Shown here one piece after another: positions 32,542 to 43,545 of a DNA stretch of 64,000 bases (positions are counted from its first letter, which is position 1; every line of letters begins with the position of its first letter). Position numbers and translations under genes: made by a program. Under the pieces are notes generated by a model. It was given only the letters and a program-made list of their open reading frames with translations. It made no database searches and was not told the origin of the DNA. Source of the stretch: Bacteroidia bacterium (GTDB lineage Bacteria > Bacteroidota > Bacteroidia > Bacteroidales > CAJPTX01). The stretch is from the NCBI GenBank assembly GCA_905373475.1, contig CAJPTC010000003.1:24883-88882 (forward strand), in the 5' to 3' direction.

Positions 32542-33852
32542 ATGACGCTTAATAGAACGATTGCCCCAGCATTGCATTGGGAGAAGAAGGTAGCACTCCC
32601 AACCTGTGAGAGTAAGCAAGAAAATGGACTCTCGTTTACTCTTTTTGTAGATCCGAATACTTCGGTATTGGAATTCCGTTTTGTTTTCCCGCGTATTGAT
32701 GCAGTAGGCAACAACCCACTTCTGGGGTATGCTGCTATGGAAATGCTGCTACGTGGCACAAAAAGTAAGAACGCCGAGCAGCTCTTTCAAGCTTTGGAAA
32801 TACTCGGGGCAAGAATACGATCCGCAGCTGCACGTGACTATAATGAGGTGACGTTACGTACCTCATTGCGGAATATGGAAGCCTCATTGCTTTTGCTTCG
32901 CGAAGTGCTCTTTACTCCACGTATGGCGCTAGAAGATTTTAATCAATGGATTGAGGAGAGTAAAGCCGAGTTCGTAGTAAACATGGAAGATCCTGCGTAT
33001 TTGGCAGGGCGAGCTTTGCGGCGCACTCTTTACGGCGAAAAACATTTTTATGGAGAACTCCTTCAGACAGAGCACTACGAGCGCCTGACCCTTGCCGAAA
33101 TCGAGCAATACTGGCGGAAGAATATTGTAGAGAATTGCCCTTCGGTGATTATAGCGGGAGGAGCTGTTGCAACAGCCTCTATTGACCCAATTCGTCTTAT
33201 TGCATCATGGGAATTTGGTAAACAGAAAGGGGCATTGCAATACGGCGAGCTCCGTGCTACAGAGGGCGCAATGGTTCGTACCGCAGTACCTTCTGGAACG
33301 CAAGTTCCCATGTATATGGGCTGCTTGTTACCTCGCCATCCATTCGTAGGCGAATACGACTTGCGTATAGCCGTAGCGCTATTTGGGGGCGTTTTCAGTA
33401 GCCGCTTGATGCAAAACCTACGAGAGGACAAGGGTTATACTTATGGTATTCGTGCTGGGCTCTCGTTCTACTATGATACAAGCGTGCTTTCTTTGCGTAC
33501 CAATGTAGGCAACGAGTATGCCCAAAGAGCCATTGAAGAGATTCATAACGAATTTATGCGCATGGTCAGTGTTCCCGCTTCCGAACAGGAATTGGAGATT
33601 CTTCGCGGGCAGCTACTCGGCGAATCTATGCAGGCTCTGGATGGAGTGCTGGATGCAGCTGTAAGCATGTTTATTTATGGCTTCCCCGTGGAAGAATGGT
33701 ATGAAAATACTCGTAAGAAAATAGAAGCCATAAGTAGGGTGGGAGCAGCCGAGATTGTGGCAATTGCCAAAGAGTGGCTAAAGCCCAATAACTTTGTACT
33801 TAGCGTTTCGGGAAGAGAGGAAGTAATCAATTCGTTGGAGCGACCACAGTAG
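32542..33852 (+). CDS. M16-family peptidase-like protein, non-catalytic partner
   Basis: Start moved to MTLNRTIAP, 20 nt after the upstream stop. The fold pattern is M16-like, but no HxxEH motif is visible. Confidence 0.75.
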   Translation: MTLNRTIAPALHWEKKVALPTCESKQENGLSFTLFVDPNTSVLEFRFVFPRIDAVGNNPLLGYAAMEMLLRGTKSKNAEQLFQALEILGARIRSAAARDYNEVTLRTSLRNMEASLLLLREVLFTPRMALEDFNQWIEESKAEFVVNMEDPAYLAGRALRRTLYGEKHFYGELLQTEHYERLTLAEIEQYWRKNIVENCPSVIIAGGAVATASIDPIRLIASWEFGKQKGALQYGELRATEGAMVRTAVPSGTQVPMYMGCLLPRHPFVGEYDLRIAVALFGGVFSSRLMQNLREDKGYTYGIRAGLSFYYDTSVLSLRTNVGNEYAQRAIEEIHNEFMRMVSVPASEQELEILRGQLLGESMQALDGVLDAAVSMFIYGFPVEEWYENTRKKIEAISRVGAAEIVAIAKEWLKPNNFVLSVSGREEVINSLERPQ

Positions 33853-34019
33853 TATTTGCCACGAAGCAAAGAAGTAAATGTTGAAATACATTCATTGCCA
33901 AGTTTTTAGGGAGATGTTGTTGGTCAAGCCAAAACCCTTAAACTTTGTTTGACCATGAAACGTAATTATTCTACACGAGGTTTTGTAGAATACGGTTCTG
34001 AGGCTTAAAGAGGTAGAAG

Positions 34020-35630
34020 ATGCGAAAAGTATTAGAGAGGATATACGCAACGGTTTGGGGAGCACTTGCTCCTGTATTGTTTTTGTTGGTGTTGCTGCCA
34101 TTTCAGAGTATGGCGCAGGGTGGTAATCCGTTTTGGCAGAATATTCCGCTGCCCCCTACATTCCGAGTTGTAACGGTAGAACCCAATAGTGGTAAGGCAA
34201 TCTTAACTTGGGAAGCACCTGCTCCTAGCCCCAACAATCCTGTACCACAGGGCTATCTGATATATCGTGAGACCACCAATGCCGCAGGCGATAAGGTTTG
34301 GACTTTGGTGCGTACCGTACCGCCCACACAATTTTCTTGGACTGACGACGATGCCCATGCCAAGGATGGTGTCGTACGCTATCGAATTGCTTCAAAAGGA
34401 CCAGATAACGACAAACCAAGCCCCATGACAGACCCACATGCCACGATTTATTTGGAGGTGGAATATGTGCCTTGTCTGAACAAAATCCGCATGAAATGGA
34501 CACAATACGGCGGTTGGAATAATGAGATTGAGAATTACATAGTACGAGCAGGCGATCGCCAATCGTGGACTTCGCTGACCGAATTTGCTACCTTGAAAGG
34601 AGCACAATGGGAATATGAGTTCGATTCGGGGCAGGATAAGACTTGGTATCTTTTTATAGAGGCACGCCGCACAGGAACAGGAGAGGTCACACGTTCCAAT
34701 ATGTGCGAAGTAATCACGCGAAAACAGTACATTCCATCAACCATTCTTTTGGACTCAATCATAAGCAGCCCACACCAGAATAGGTTGACCCTAAAGATGA
34801 ATTTGAACAGTAATCCTGCCTATTTCCGTCTGGTTCGTCAGAATGTCTTTGATGAGGCTGAAGGGAAGCTCGAAGCCATAGAAATTTTGCGGTTTACCGA
34901 TCCTACTACACGCGAGTTAATAGACGCCGTAGACCCCGATCAGATTCAGGGACGTAAGCGCTTTTATTCCATTATAGCTATGGATGAATGTGATGCCGAG
35001 GTAGATCGATCGCAGAAGAGTAATAGTATCATCGTTCGGGTTTCAAGCCGCGGAAGCAGCAACATTGTAACTTGGGATCAGCTGGAGGTAGAAGAAGGGA
35101 ATCGCGCAGAATACCGTGTGCACCGTATCATCACGAAACCTACGGGTGTGGAAGATCTAGAAATGGCTACTGTACACGGTGGTTCTGAATTACGCTATAT
35201 AGACGACCTCTCTGAACTCGAAGGACAAGGCGTTAAAAACGATTTCTGCTACAAAGTATCTGCTTATGAACTCACAGCAGATAATAGTACAAAGCGCGTC
35301 AGTATCTCGGCACCACATTGTACGCAAGCAGATTCTAAAATCGAGATACCCACAGCTATCTCCCCCATGGAAACGGCCGCTACTGGCAATAAGCTAGCAC
35401 GAAATGTATTTGCGCCGCTTACAACCTACGATTCCAATTACAAGATGTATATCTACAATCGTGTGGGTGAACTGATCTACACAGGAGAGGGGAAAGGTTG
35501 GAACGGTAAACTCCGCGATGGAACTTACGCACCCGAAGGTGCCTACATTTACCGCATTGAGTTTTATTTTGCCGAACGAGGTTCCCAAGTACGTACAGGC
35601 TCGTTCATGGTAGTATATCCTACTCGTTAA
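34020..35630 (+). CDS. Secreted protein with a T9SS type-B (gliding-motility-associated) C-terminal sorting domain
   Basis: Signal peptide ...LLPFQSMAQG. The C-terminus IPTAISP...MYIYNRVGELIYTGEGKGWNGKLRDGTYAPEGAYIYRIEFYF...GSFMVVY resembles the CHU_C/type-B CTD. Confidence 0.7.
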   Translation: MRKVLERIYATVWGALAPVLFLLVLLPFQSMAQGGNPFWQNIPLPPTFRVVTVEPNSGKAILTWEAPAPSPNNPVPQGYLIYRETTNAAGDKVWTLVRTVPPTQFSWTDDDAHAKDGVVRYRIASKGPDNDKPSPMTDPHATIYLEVEYVPCLNKIRMKWTQYGGWNNEIENYIVRAGDRQSWTSLTEFATLKGAQWEYEFDSGQDKTWYLFIEARRTGTGEVTRSNMCEVITRKQYIPSTILLDSIISSPHQNRLTLKMNLNSNPAYFRLVRQNVFDEAEGKLEAIEILRFTDPTTRELIDAVDPDQIQGRKRFYSIIAMDECDAEVDRSQKSNSIIVRVSSRGSSNIVTWDQLEVEEGNRAEYRVHRIITKPTGVEDLEMATVHGGSELRYIDDLSELEGQGVKNDFCYKVSAYELTADNSTKRVSISAPHCTQADSKIEIPTAISPMETAATGNKLARNVFAPLTTYDSNYKMYIYNRVGELIYTGEGKGWNGKLRDGTYAPEGAYIYRIEFYFAERGSQVRTGSFMVVYPTR

Positions 35631-35639
35631 CCAGCGAAA

Positions 35640-37973
35640 ATGCCAGAAAGTACGTCGGCGCATTTGTATACCGATTCTGACGTGCCGAAGCTCTATGATG
35701 AGCTTCTACAGCAAAATGCGACACTACTAGAAAGAGCACCTGAGTATCGTGAGCTTATAGATAGAGCCTACGGTATTGCCAAAATTGCGCACGGTGCACA
35801 GTATCGTAAATCGGGAGAGCCTTACATCATTCATCCCATCATTGTGGCACAATATGCTTCGCAAATCTATCCTGGCGACATAGATATGATTCTTGCGGCG
35901 CTCCTCCATGACGTGGTAGAAGATTCGCCCAAGACTCTCGATGAGATTAAGCAAAGTTTCCCCGAGCGTGTCGGGTTAGAGCAAATCGTTGACGGTGTAA
36001 CGAAGCTGAACGTGCTAAACGACACGGAAGATAGCGCACAAGTGGCGAACTTCCGAAAGCTTATCTCACAAACTATCAATGACAATCCGCGCATAATCCT
36101 CATAAAGCTTGCCGATCGCCTGCACAATATGCAGACGCTAGAGTATCAGGCGCAAGATAAGCGGCAAAAGATAGCAAGCGAGACTATGACTTTTTACGTT
36201 CCCATTGCGGAACGTCTTGGGCTATATGCCATTAAAACCGAATTGGAGGATTTGAGCTTCCGTTACCTTAATCCGAGCGACTACCGCGAGGTACAGGAGC
36301 TTTTCAACAAATACCGCGAGAAGCTTTCGGCAGTGCATCAGGATGTAAAGGATCGCGTTGCTCGTCTGTTGACGAGCACGGGGATGAAGTTTACACTCCT
36401 GAGCCGTGAAAAAACGCCCTATTCCACCCATAAGAAGATTACCCGTAAACGTATCCCATTTGAGGAGATTTACGATCTCATCGCTTTACGTATCATCTTC
36501 GAACCTCGCCCTGACATCCCCGAAAGAACGCAGTGCTGGTTTATTTATATGCTTCTGACGGAGCATTTCCCCGCACTCCGTGAGCGTACACGCGACTGGG
36601 TAACCACCCCAAAAGTGAATGGTTACGAAGCTTTGCATTGCACGCTTATGGACAAGAACGGGCAATGGGTAGAGGTACAGATACGCACCGAGCGCATGAA
36701 TTCCATTGCCGAAAATGGCGGGGCTTCACATTGGCGCTACAAGAAGGAGGACGATGTAGATAGCGATGGGCATTTGGGCGAGATCGGGTCTAGTTTAGCG
36801 ACCTTGGTATCTTCCTACTCGTATGAAATGTCCTCCTCCACATTCATGGCCTACTTAAAAACTGACCTTCTCGCTAAGAAAATTACGGTCTATGAGCGTG
36901 TGCTAAGTGAAAAGGATGATGAGGGGCTGTCGCATGTTCGGAAAGGTTTTACTGTACCACGCAATTCGCGTGTCCTAGATTTTGCTTACCTCAAGGATAA
37001 AAATATTGGGGATCACGCTCTAGGGGCTCGCGTTAACGGTATACTCAGAAGTCTTGATTACAAGCTTTTGGCGGGCGACGAGGTAGAAATTATAGAAGCT
37101 CCGTCGCAACATCCCACAAAGAACTGGAAAGAGGTTGTGCAAACCTCTTTGGCGCGAAATCTCATCAATCAGACACTTGAAAAACAGGAGGAAGGACTAC
37201 AGGAGCGTGGAAGGCAACGACTCCAAGAGATGTTCAATACCCTGGATGTTGCCTACTCTGAGGATATTTTAAGCAAGTTATTGCCGCTGTTCAAGGTAGA
37301 AAATCTGGATATTTTCTATTCTAACCTTGCCAATGGCTATATAAATCCGCAGTATCTTTTCCGTAAGATTCGACATGCAGTTCGCAGAAAGCAGTTCGCA
37401 GAGTCGTGGATGCGACTTCGCAACTATGTTATGCTACATATATTCCGTCGTCATACGAGTTGTGACACCGTTGAGCACCAGAGTATTGCTGCCAAAAAAC
37501 AGAGTACATACAAGCTACTGACGTCTCCATGTTGTTGCGCCCTGCCTGGTGACAAAGATGTATTCTGTTTTCGAGAAACCGAGATGCGCGAAAATATAGT
37601 TCGCGTACACAAATCGAATTGTCTCGAAGCCCAGCGCCTCTCTGCTGAGCATGGCGATTGGTTAGTGAAGAATATTGATTGGTCGGTACGTACCGATGCT
37701 ACTTACCCCACCCATATTTATGTGGGTGGAGAAGACCGAACCAACTTACTGATAGAGTTGTTCTCGGTGTTTATGAAAGAATTGCCCAATACGAATATTA
37801 CCCGCGCCGATTTACGGAGCGATGGATTTCATTTTCAGGGGGTGCTCTCGTTCTCGTTGCAGCACCTAAGTCAGCTTGATATGCTTATTCAGCGTCTTTA
37901 CCGAATTGAGGGAATTCAGCGTATCTATCGCCTAGATGTTCCTTCATCCTACGAATTTGTGGATCGTCTCTAG
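35640..37973 (+). CDS. Bifunctional RelA/SpoT-homolog (p)ppGpp synthetase/hydrolase
   Basis: HD hydrolase motif LLHDVVEDS and synthetase motif EVQIRTERMNSIAENG. TGS- and ACT-like C-terminal regions. 777 aa. Confidence 0.9.
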   Translation: MPESTSAHLYTDSDVPKLYDELLQQNATLLERAPEYRELIDRAYGIAKIAHGAQYRKSGEPYIIHPIIVAQYASQIYPGDIDMILAALLHDVVEDSPKTLDEIKQSFPERVGLEQIVDGVTKLNVLNDTEDSAQVANFRKLISQTINDNPRIILIKLADRLHNMQTLEYQAQDKRQKIASETMTFYVPIAERLGLYAIKTELEDLSFRYLNPSDYREVQELFNKYREKLSAVHQDVKDRVARLLTSTGMKFTLLSREKTPYSTHKKITRKRIPFEEIYDLIALRIIFEPRPDIPERTQCWFIYMLLTEHFPALRERTRDWVTTPKVNGYEALHCTLMDKNGQWVEVQIRTERMNSIAENGGASHWRYKKEDDVDSDGHLGEIGSSLATLVSSYSYEMSSSTFMAYLKTDLLAKKITVYERVLSEKDDEGLSHVRKGFTVPRNSRVLDFAYLKDKNIGDHALGARVNGILRSLDYKLLAGDEVEIIEAPSQHPTKNWKEVVQTSLARNLINQTLEKQEEGLQERGRQRLQEMFNTLDVAYSEDILSKLLPLFKVENLDIFYSNLANGYINPQYLFRKIRHAVRRKQFAESWMRLRNYVMLHIFRRHTSCDTVEHQSIAAKKQSTYKLLTSPCCCALPGDKDVFCFRETEMRENIVRVHKSNCLEAQRLSAEHGDWLVKNIDWSVRTDATYPTHIYVGGEDRTNLLIELFSVFMKELPNTNITRADLRSDGFHFQGVLSFSLQHLSQLDMLIQRLYRIEGIQRIYRLDVPSSYEFVDRL

Positions 37974-38104
37974 TAACAAATCTTTCTTAAGTACATCGCA
38001 AGTTTAAGCAAATTACCCAGCGCTCATTTGCGACATTTTCTTGCAGGAGGCGAGCCCCAGAACTATTTTATTTGTCTAGATACTAACACGAAACCTCTTT
38101 TGTT

Positions 38105-40021
38105 TTGAAATATAGGCTCTTTATTCTGTTTTTTTTAGGACTCTTTCTGGGGCAAACGGTAGTGCAAGCACAGCTTAACCGTTATTACTTTTATGCGAAG
38201 ACGCAGAAGCTTTACGAGCGCGGCGACTATTCGGGGGCTATTGGAGCCATTTCCGTATTCCTCGAATACCAGAGTGAAGACGAAATTGCGCTCTACCTGC
38301 GTGCTCTCTGTAAATACCAGCTGGATGATTGGCGGGGGGCTCAGCTAGACCTTGACCAATTGCTTACCCGCAAGCCTTTTATGACCGAGGCGCTAGTACT
38401 ACGTACTGCGGTGCGCAACCAGTTAGGCGAGCACAAGGCGGCGATGGTAGATATCAGATTGGCATCGGAACTACGCCCTAATGAGCGCGATATACAGTAT
38501 ATGCGTGGCGTAACACATTTCCTTTTGGAAGATTATACCGACGCAATCGAAGATTTCACGATAACCCTGAAACGTGACCCAGAGCATCTGGATGCCCGCT
38601 TAAATCGCGGGACGGCACATCTTCTGAAAGGCGATACAGTTGCTGCTCTGCAAGATTATAGGCAGGCGGCGCAGACCAATCCGTATGCGGCAGGTCCGCA
38701 TATCAACGAGGCGCGCGTCTATTATGCACAACAAAAGAACGAGCTAGCACTTTCCACGCTCAATAAAGCGCTTGAGTTGTCGCCTAAATCGGGGCAGGCG
38801 CTTCTAATTAAGGCTTTAATAGAGCACGATCTTGGAAGAAAAGAACCTGCCATAGCTACAATAACCAAGGCGATAGAGTACGCTCCTAGAAGTTCGTTGG
38901 CATATTACAACCGCGCTATAATGTATGCGCAGGATGGTAATTATAAGGCGGCCATAAAAGATTATGAAGCAGCGGCGCAGATATCGCCCAACAACGTTTT
39001 TATTCGGTATAACATTGCGCTTGTTTACGGCGAAGCGAAACGGTATCGCGAGGCAGCCGATGCGCTTTCCTATGCCATTGCACTCTATCCGCAGTTTGCT
39101 CGTGCCTATAACCTGCGTAGTGCTATGCGCCTAAAATTGGGCGATAAGAGTGGTGCGCGCGTAGATTACGATTCGGCACAGAGTATCGTTGCTCGTTATC
39201 AAAATACACCTGAGAAAGATATCGAGAAATGGAGCGATACAAGTGCGAATTTTTCGCGGCTCATTGCTTTTGAAAACGATTTTACAACGCCCTCAGAGCT
39301 GGTAATTCCTGCCTTTTTAAAAGACTATGACGAACTGTATCCGCTTGCCACAATCCGTGTTGGGCAGGAGCAGAACTATACCGAATGGACGCCTGTACGT
39401 CGCGCCGATAGTGTGGCAGGTGCTCCTTTTTTTGCACTGGTTGTTCCATCCGACGATACGGCTCGTAGGGTAGATCTTTCGCTTTTCCCGCCCGTGCGCG
39501 ATCCGCATGCCGTGAATCTGATGCGGAGTATTGCGTGGGTAGAAGCACATAACTACGATGCGGCTCAGTTGCTTCTGGATTCCATTCCTAAACATAGCCC
39601 CATCAAACCATTGGGACGTCTGGTAAGTGCTGTGGCTAAAATCTCGCAAATACGCTTTGCGCCCCCTGCTCCTATGGTATTATCGCTCTCAGGAACGAAG
39701 AGTAGAGAAATGCCCCCGCCTGCCGATTATTCCGCGCCTATTGGCGAACTAAATGCACTCAATGCTGAATACGGCGAGAATCCGTATCTCTATTATAGTC
39801 TGGGGATTGCACATTATCTCTCGCGCGATCTACATGCCTCGGAAGAGGCTTTCAACAAAGCCATAGCTCTCGAGACAAATTTTGCAGAAGCTTTGTTCAA
39901 TAGGGGATTAGTGCGTATCTTGCTAAACAAAAACAATCAGGCGTGTCTTGATTTAAGTCTAGCAGGCCAGCTAGGTTTGGATCGCGCCTATCGGGTAATA
40001 TCTGATCACTGTAAGCGATAG
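38105..40021 (+). CDS. Tetratricopeptide-repeat (TPR) protein with signal peptide
   Basis: Signal peptide LFILFFLGLFLGQTVVQAQ. Multiple TPR units follow (AxxDYxxAlxlxPxxxxAyxNRg pattern). The start codon is TTG. Confidence 0.8.
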   Translation: MKYRLFILFFLGLFLGQTVVQAQLNRYYFYAKTQKLYERGDYSGAIGAISVFLEYQSEDEIALYLRALCKYQLDDWRGAQLDLDQLLTRKPFMTEALVLRTAVRNQLGEHKAAMVDIRLASELRPNERDIQYMRGVTHFLLEDYTDAIEDFTITLKRDPEHLDARLNRGTAHLLKGDTVAALQDYRQAAQTNPYAAGPHINEARVYYAQQKNELALSTLNKALELSPKSGQALLIKALIEHDLGRKEPAIATITKAIEYAPRSSLAYYNRAIMYAQDGNYKAAIKDYEAAAQISPNNVFIRYNIALVYGEAKRYREAADALSYAIALYPQFARAYNLRSAMRLKLGDKSGARVDYDSAQSIVARYQNTPEKDIEKWSDTSANFSRLIAFENDFTTPSELVIPAFLKDYDELYPLATIRVGQEQNYTEWTPVRRADSVAGAPFFALVVPSDDTARRVDLSLFPPVRDPHAVNLMRSIAWVEAHNYDAAQLLLDSIPKHSPIKPLGRLVSAVAKISQIRFAPPAPMVLSLSGTKSREMPPPADYSAPIGELNALNAEYGENPYLYYSLGIAHYLSRDLHASEEAFNKAIALETNFAEALFNRGLVRILLNKNNQACLDLSLAGQLGLDRAYRVISDHCKR

Positions 40022-40035
40022 TGAAGAGACAGTAG

Positions 40036-40998
40036 ATGAGTGAATTAGAGAAGGCATCAGAACGATTGGATGTGACGAGCGTGTCTCCCGAAACGATTGA
40101 AGCGGAGTTGCACGCGGGGCATTTCTTACGTAAAGCGAATAACGGGGGAAATGAGATTTATCATTTTCGCGCTGTAGATTGTCCGTTTACGATGCAGGAG
40201 TTGGGGCGTTTACGCGAGGAGACCTTCCGTGCTGCTGGAGGTGGAACAGGTAAAGAATTAGATATTGATGAGTACGATACGAGCGAATACCCGTACACGC
40301 AGCTCATTGTCTGGAATCCTGAAGACAAAATTATTCTGGGAGGCTATCGCTACATAATCCCCACACCAGATGGTAAATATGCAAGCCATTTAGCTACCAG
40401 CGAACTTTTTCACTTCTCCGAGCGATTCCAAAACGAATACTTGCCTTACACGATAGAATTGGGTCGTTCGTTCGTGCGCACCGCTTACCAGTCCACACGC
40501 GATGCGCGTCGTGGTATGTACGTTCTCGATAACTTGTGGGATGGCTTAGGGGCGCTTCTGATTCTGAATCCCACGATTAAGTATTTCTTCGGGAAAGTTA
40601 CCATGTATCCCACTTATAATTGGGAGGCGCGGAATCTGTTGCAGATATTCTTACAAAAATATTTCCGCGATCCCGATGGGTTAGTAACGCCCATAGAACC
40701 GTTAGACTTGCATCTGGATCCGTCACTCGAAGCACGAGTATTTACTGGGGGGAGTTATAAAGCCGATTTTGAAATACTGCTACGCGAATTGGGGGAATTT
40801 GGCGAGCGAATCCCACCACTCATTAAGTCGTACATAAGCTTGAGTAGTACATCGCGTGTCTTTGGGACTGCTATCAATCACGAATTTGGCGATGTGGAAG
40901 AGACTGGTATTCTGGTCGTTGTGAACGAGGTACTTCCCGATAAACGAAGTCGTCACATAGATACGTTCGATCCTGCTACGACGGGTAAAAAAGCATAA
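40036..40998 (+). CDS. GNAT-like N-acyltransferase of the OlsB/GlsB aminolipid-synthesis type ('hemolysin'-annotated family)
   Basis: About 320 aa with ELGRSFV and YISLSS...GTAINHEFGDVEETG segments typical of the Acetyltransf_5-type lipid N-acyltransferases, as I recall them. Confidence 0.6.
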   Translation: MSELEKASERLDVTSVSPETIEAELHAGHFLRKANNGGNEIYHFRAVDCPFTMQELGRLREETFRAAGGGTGKELDIDEYDTSEYPYTQLIVWNPEDKIILGGYRYIIPTPDGKYASHLATSELFHFSERFQNEYLPYTIELGRSFVRTAYQSTRDARRGMYVLDNLWDGLGALLILNPTIKYFFGKVTMYPTYNWEARNLLQIFLQKYFRDPDGLVTPIEPLDLHLDPSLEARVFTGGSYKADFEILLRELGEFGERIPPLIKSYISLSSTSRVFGTAINHEFGDVEETGILVVVNEVLPDKRSRHIDTFDPATTGKKA

Positions 40999-41019
40999 CG
41001 AGCCTAGGAGAAAAGAATT

Positions 41020-41952
41020 ATGCCCCGCGTTCTAGGTTTAGGTAATGCGCTTATGGACTCTATTATTCCGTTAGCAGATGATGCGTTACTCCAGGAATGG
41101 GAGTTGGTAAAGGGGGGGATGCAAGTAGTAGACCTCGATACCCTTCTTGCCATGCATAGGGTAGCGTGTACCGAGGAGATTATGCGAAGCGTAGGTGGAA
41201 GCGCTTGTAATGCCATTCGTGGCATTGCGCATCTGGGTTTGCAGACGGGGTTTATAGGGAAAATTGGGCACGACGAAACAGGAGAACGAGTCTTAGCCGC
41301 ACTACAGGAAGCAAAAGTATTCCCTCTGTTGCGTTACAGCCGTGCCCGCACAGGCGAAGTACTTGCCTTGGTTTCCAAGGATACTGAGCGAACCATGGCA
41401 ACTTTTTTAGGCGCCTCGGGAACGCTCAACGCAGAAGATCTCTCGGAAGACGAATTCGTGGGTTACGATCATCTGCACTTAGAGGGATATACAGTCCCCA
41501 ATCACGATCTTTTTCTTCGTGCGCTATCTTTGGCACGAAGCTGCCATCAATCTGTTTCTCTCGACCTTTCAAGCTACGATATTGTCGATATGAATCGTGA
41601 GCTACTCGGAAGGATGATCCCCGAATACGTAGATATTCTCTTCGCTAATGAAGATGAGCTGCGGGCCTTTACGGGGCGCGACGTAGAAGGTGGGATGGAG
41701 GAACTTTCTCAGTTCTGCGATGTAGTCGTGGTTAAGCTAGGTGCGAAAGGGGCAGTTGCTCGTAAGGGCGAACAAGAGTCGTGCAGCCCAAGTGTGCCCG
41801 TATGCTGCGTAGATAGCACTGGAAGTGGCGATATGTTTGCGGCTGGTTTTCTCTACGGTTATCTGCAGGACTGGACGCTAGGTGAAAGCCTCGCATACGC
41901 CAACAAGATGGCCGCAGAGGTAATACAGGTTTACGGAACGGGGCTTAGCTAA
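41020..41952 (+). CDS. PfkB-family carbohydrate/adenosine kinase
   Basis: GGSACN motif and C-terminal DSTGSGDMFAAGFLYG (DTxGAGD-type) motif. Confidence 0.75.
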   Translation: MPRVLGLGNALMDSIIPLADDALLQEWELVKGGMQVVDLDTLLAMHRVACTEEIMRSVGGSACNAIRGIAHLGLQTGFIGKIGHDETGERVLAALQEAKVFPLLRYSRARTGEVLALVSKDTERTMATFLGASGTLNAEDLSEDEFVGYDHLHLEGYTVPNHDLFLRALSLARSCHQSVSLDLSSYDIVDMNRELLGRMIPEYVDILFANEDELRAFTGRDVEGGMEELSQFCDVVVVKLGAKGAVARKGEQESCSPSVPVCCVDSTGSGDMFAAGFLYGYLQDWTLGESLAYANKMAAEVIQVYGTGLS

Positions 41953-41975
41953 CCTATTCTTGAATTTTCCCTTTT

Positions 41976-42761
41976 CTAAAATAAAAAGCGCGCGAGTTCT
42001 CTGGGCGGTTGTCCAGAGCCTTTGAACTGTAGCAAAACAATTTGCTTCTCATCAAGCGCAACGTAGGTATTCTGCGTAATCCAGTCTCCCAAAATCACTA
42101 ATGCACCCTGAGGCGCAAGGGGATGAATGGTAGCAATGTGCAAATGTCCCATGATGTAAAAGGGAATTTGCGTATCACGATAATTCTGAATAGCAAACTG
42201 TGCAACGGGTTCGTTGTTACCACGGAAGTTATGTTGTAAGTCTTTCGCATAACGGTTGTGATGCGACCATGCATTGCCGAAGCGCAAAGCGGCATTGGGG
42301 TGCACAAGTTTGGCAAACAGCATCTGTAGGAACGAGGAGTGGAAAGCAGCTCGCATAATACGGAAGAGTGCTGACGATTTCCCTAATCCGTCGCCATGAC
42401 ATAGAAAAAAGGGGTGTTGGAAAAAATGCGCTACCATTGCCTCTCGATGAATCTGGACGCCTATCTCTTTTTCCAGATAATCAAACATCCACACATCATG
42501 ATTGCCCGTAAAAATGTGTACTGGTACGCCAGTATCCGTAAAATGGGCAAGTGTGGCTAAAAAACGTACGTAGCCTTTAGGTACGACGCGTTTGTATTCC
42601 CACCAAAAATCGAAGATATCGCCTAACAAATAGAGTTCTTGGGTAGTGGGGTAGATATCGTGCAACCATTGAATGATAGTCCGTTCTCGCAATTCGGGAG
42701 CGACCTCAGTACATAAGCCGAGGTGAAAATCGGAGGCGAAGTAAATTTTTTTCTCACTCAT
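41976..42761 (-). CDS. lpxH: UDP-2,3-diacylglucosamine diphosphatase LpxH
   Basis: Calcineurin-like metallophosphoesterase motifs FASDFHLG, LLGDIFDFWWEY, GNHD and GHLH. Confidence 0.85.
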   Translation of the reverse strand: MSEKKIYFASDFHLGLCTEVAPELRERTIIQWLHDIYPTTQELYLLGDIFDFWWEYKRVVPKGYVRFLATLAHFTDTGVPVHIFTGNHDVWMFDYLEKEIGVQIHREAMVAHFFQHPFFLCHGDGLGKSSALFRIMRAAFHSSFLQMLFAKLVHPNAALRFGNAWSHHNRYAKDLQHNFRGNNEPVAQFAIQNYRDTQIPFYIMGHLHIATIHPLAPQGALVILGDWITQNTYVALDEKQIVLLQFKGSGQPPRELARFLF

Positions 42762-43545
42762 CGGCGCATTCTCTTAAGACTTTTGCAGCGAGAAGTGTGT
42801 CTGCATAACAGCGCATGATGCGCGAAGCTATCTCCCGTGCGAATGCACGATCGCGTGGCGAGTCAAAAAAATAATTGTCGCCATTGTAGCGTGCTTGCAA
42901 TGCCAGTAAATTCGCTTTTGAGAGGGGTTCTTGTGCTATGAATCGTGTCAGGGTACGACGCGTATGTGCTACTAACGAGTCGTAATTATGCCGCATTTGC
43001 TCTTGTAACATTGCGGCTACTTCTGGCGCATAAGTCCATTCATACTTGCGTTTCAGGAGTTGCACTGAATCGTTGAAACCTTTAAAAATTTCATTGAGTT
43101 CGCAGATTCGTGCTGATTGCGGTGACCCTAAGACCTCATATCCTAAAGGTCGTAGTTGTAGCTCTACACGATCGTTCGGTGCAATGAGAAGGAGGTAGGT
43201 GCGTGGATTTTGTCGCGTCCGTACCGCAATAAAAGTAGGTTCTACAAGAGATAAAGCAACCGTTTGCGCTTCGGCAGAACAAAATACAGGTTGCGAAAGT
43301 GTGTCGGAAAGGGAGTGGGGCAGGGAAATAAGCGCGTATTCAAAAGCTATGCATTCTTGAGCCTGATTTCGTACAATGAGCGTAGTCGTTTTGTGCGAGT
43401 TGCAGGAGAGGAGAGAATAGGAGATAACAAAGAGACTCAACAGAAGTAACACATTACTAGTCGTGGGATAACGAAATAGACGCCTAGAGCCACTACTCAA
43501 TTGCCCGCCTTTTTGGGGCGCTACAGGAGGGAAAAAGGCAGTCAT
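42754..43545 (-). CDS. Putative lipoprotein of unknown function
   Basis: Lipobox-like LLLLSLFVISYSLLSCNS after a long N-region. It overlaps lpxH by 8 nt. I recognise no catalytic motif. Confidence 0.5.
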   Translation of the reverse strand: MTAFFPPVAPQKGGQLSSGSRRLFRYPTTSNVLLLLSLFVISYSLLSCNSHKTTTLIVRNQAQECIAFEYALISLPHSLSDTLSQPVFCSAEAQTVALSLVEPTFIAVRTRQNPRTYLLLIAPNDRVELQLRPLGYEVLGSPQSARICELNEIFKGFNDSVQLLKRKYEWTYAPEVAAMLQEQMRHNYDSLVAHTRRTLTRFIAQEPLSKANLLALQARYNGDNYFFDSPRDRAFAREIASRIMRCYADTLLAAKVLRECADE

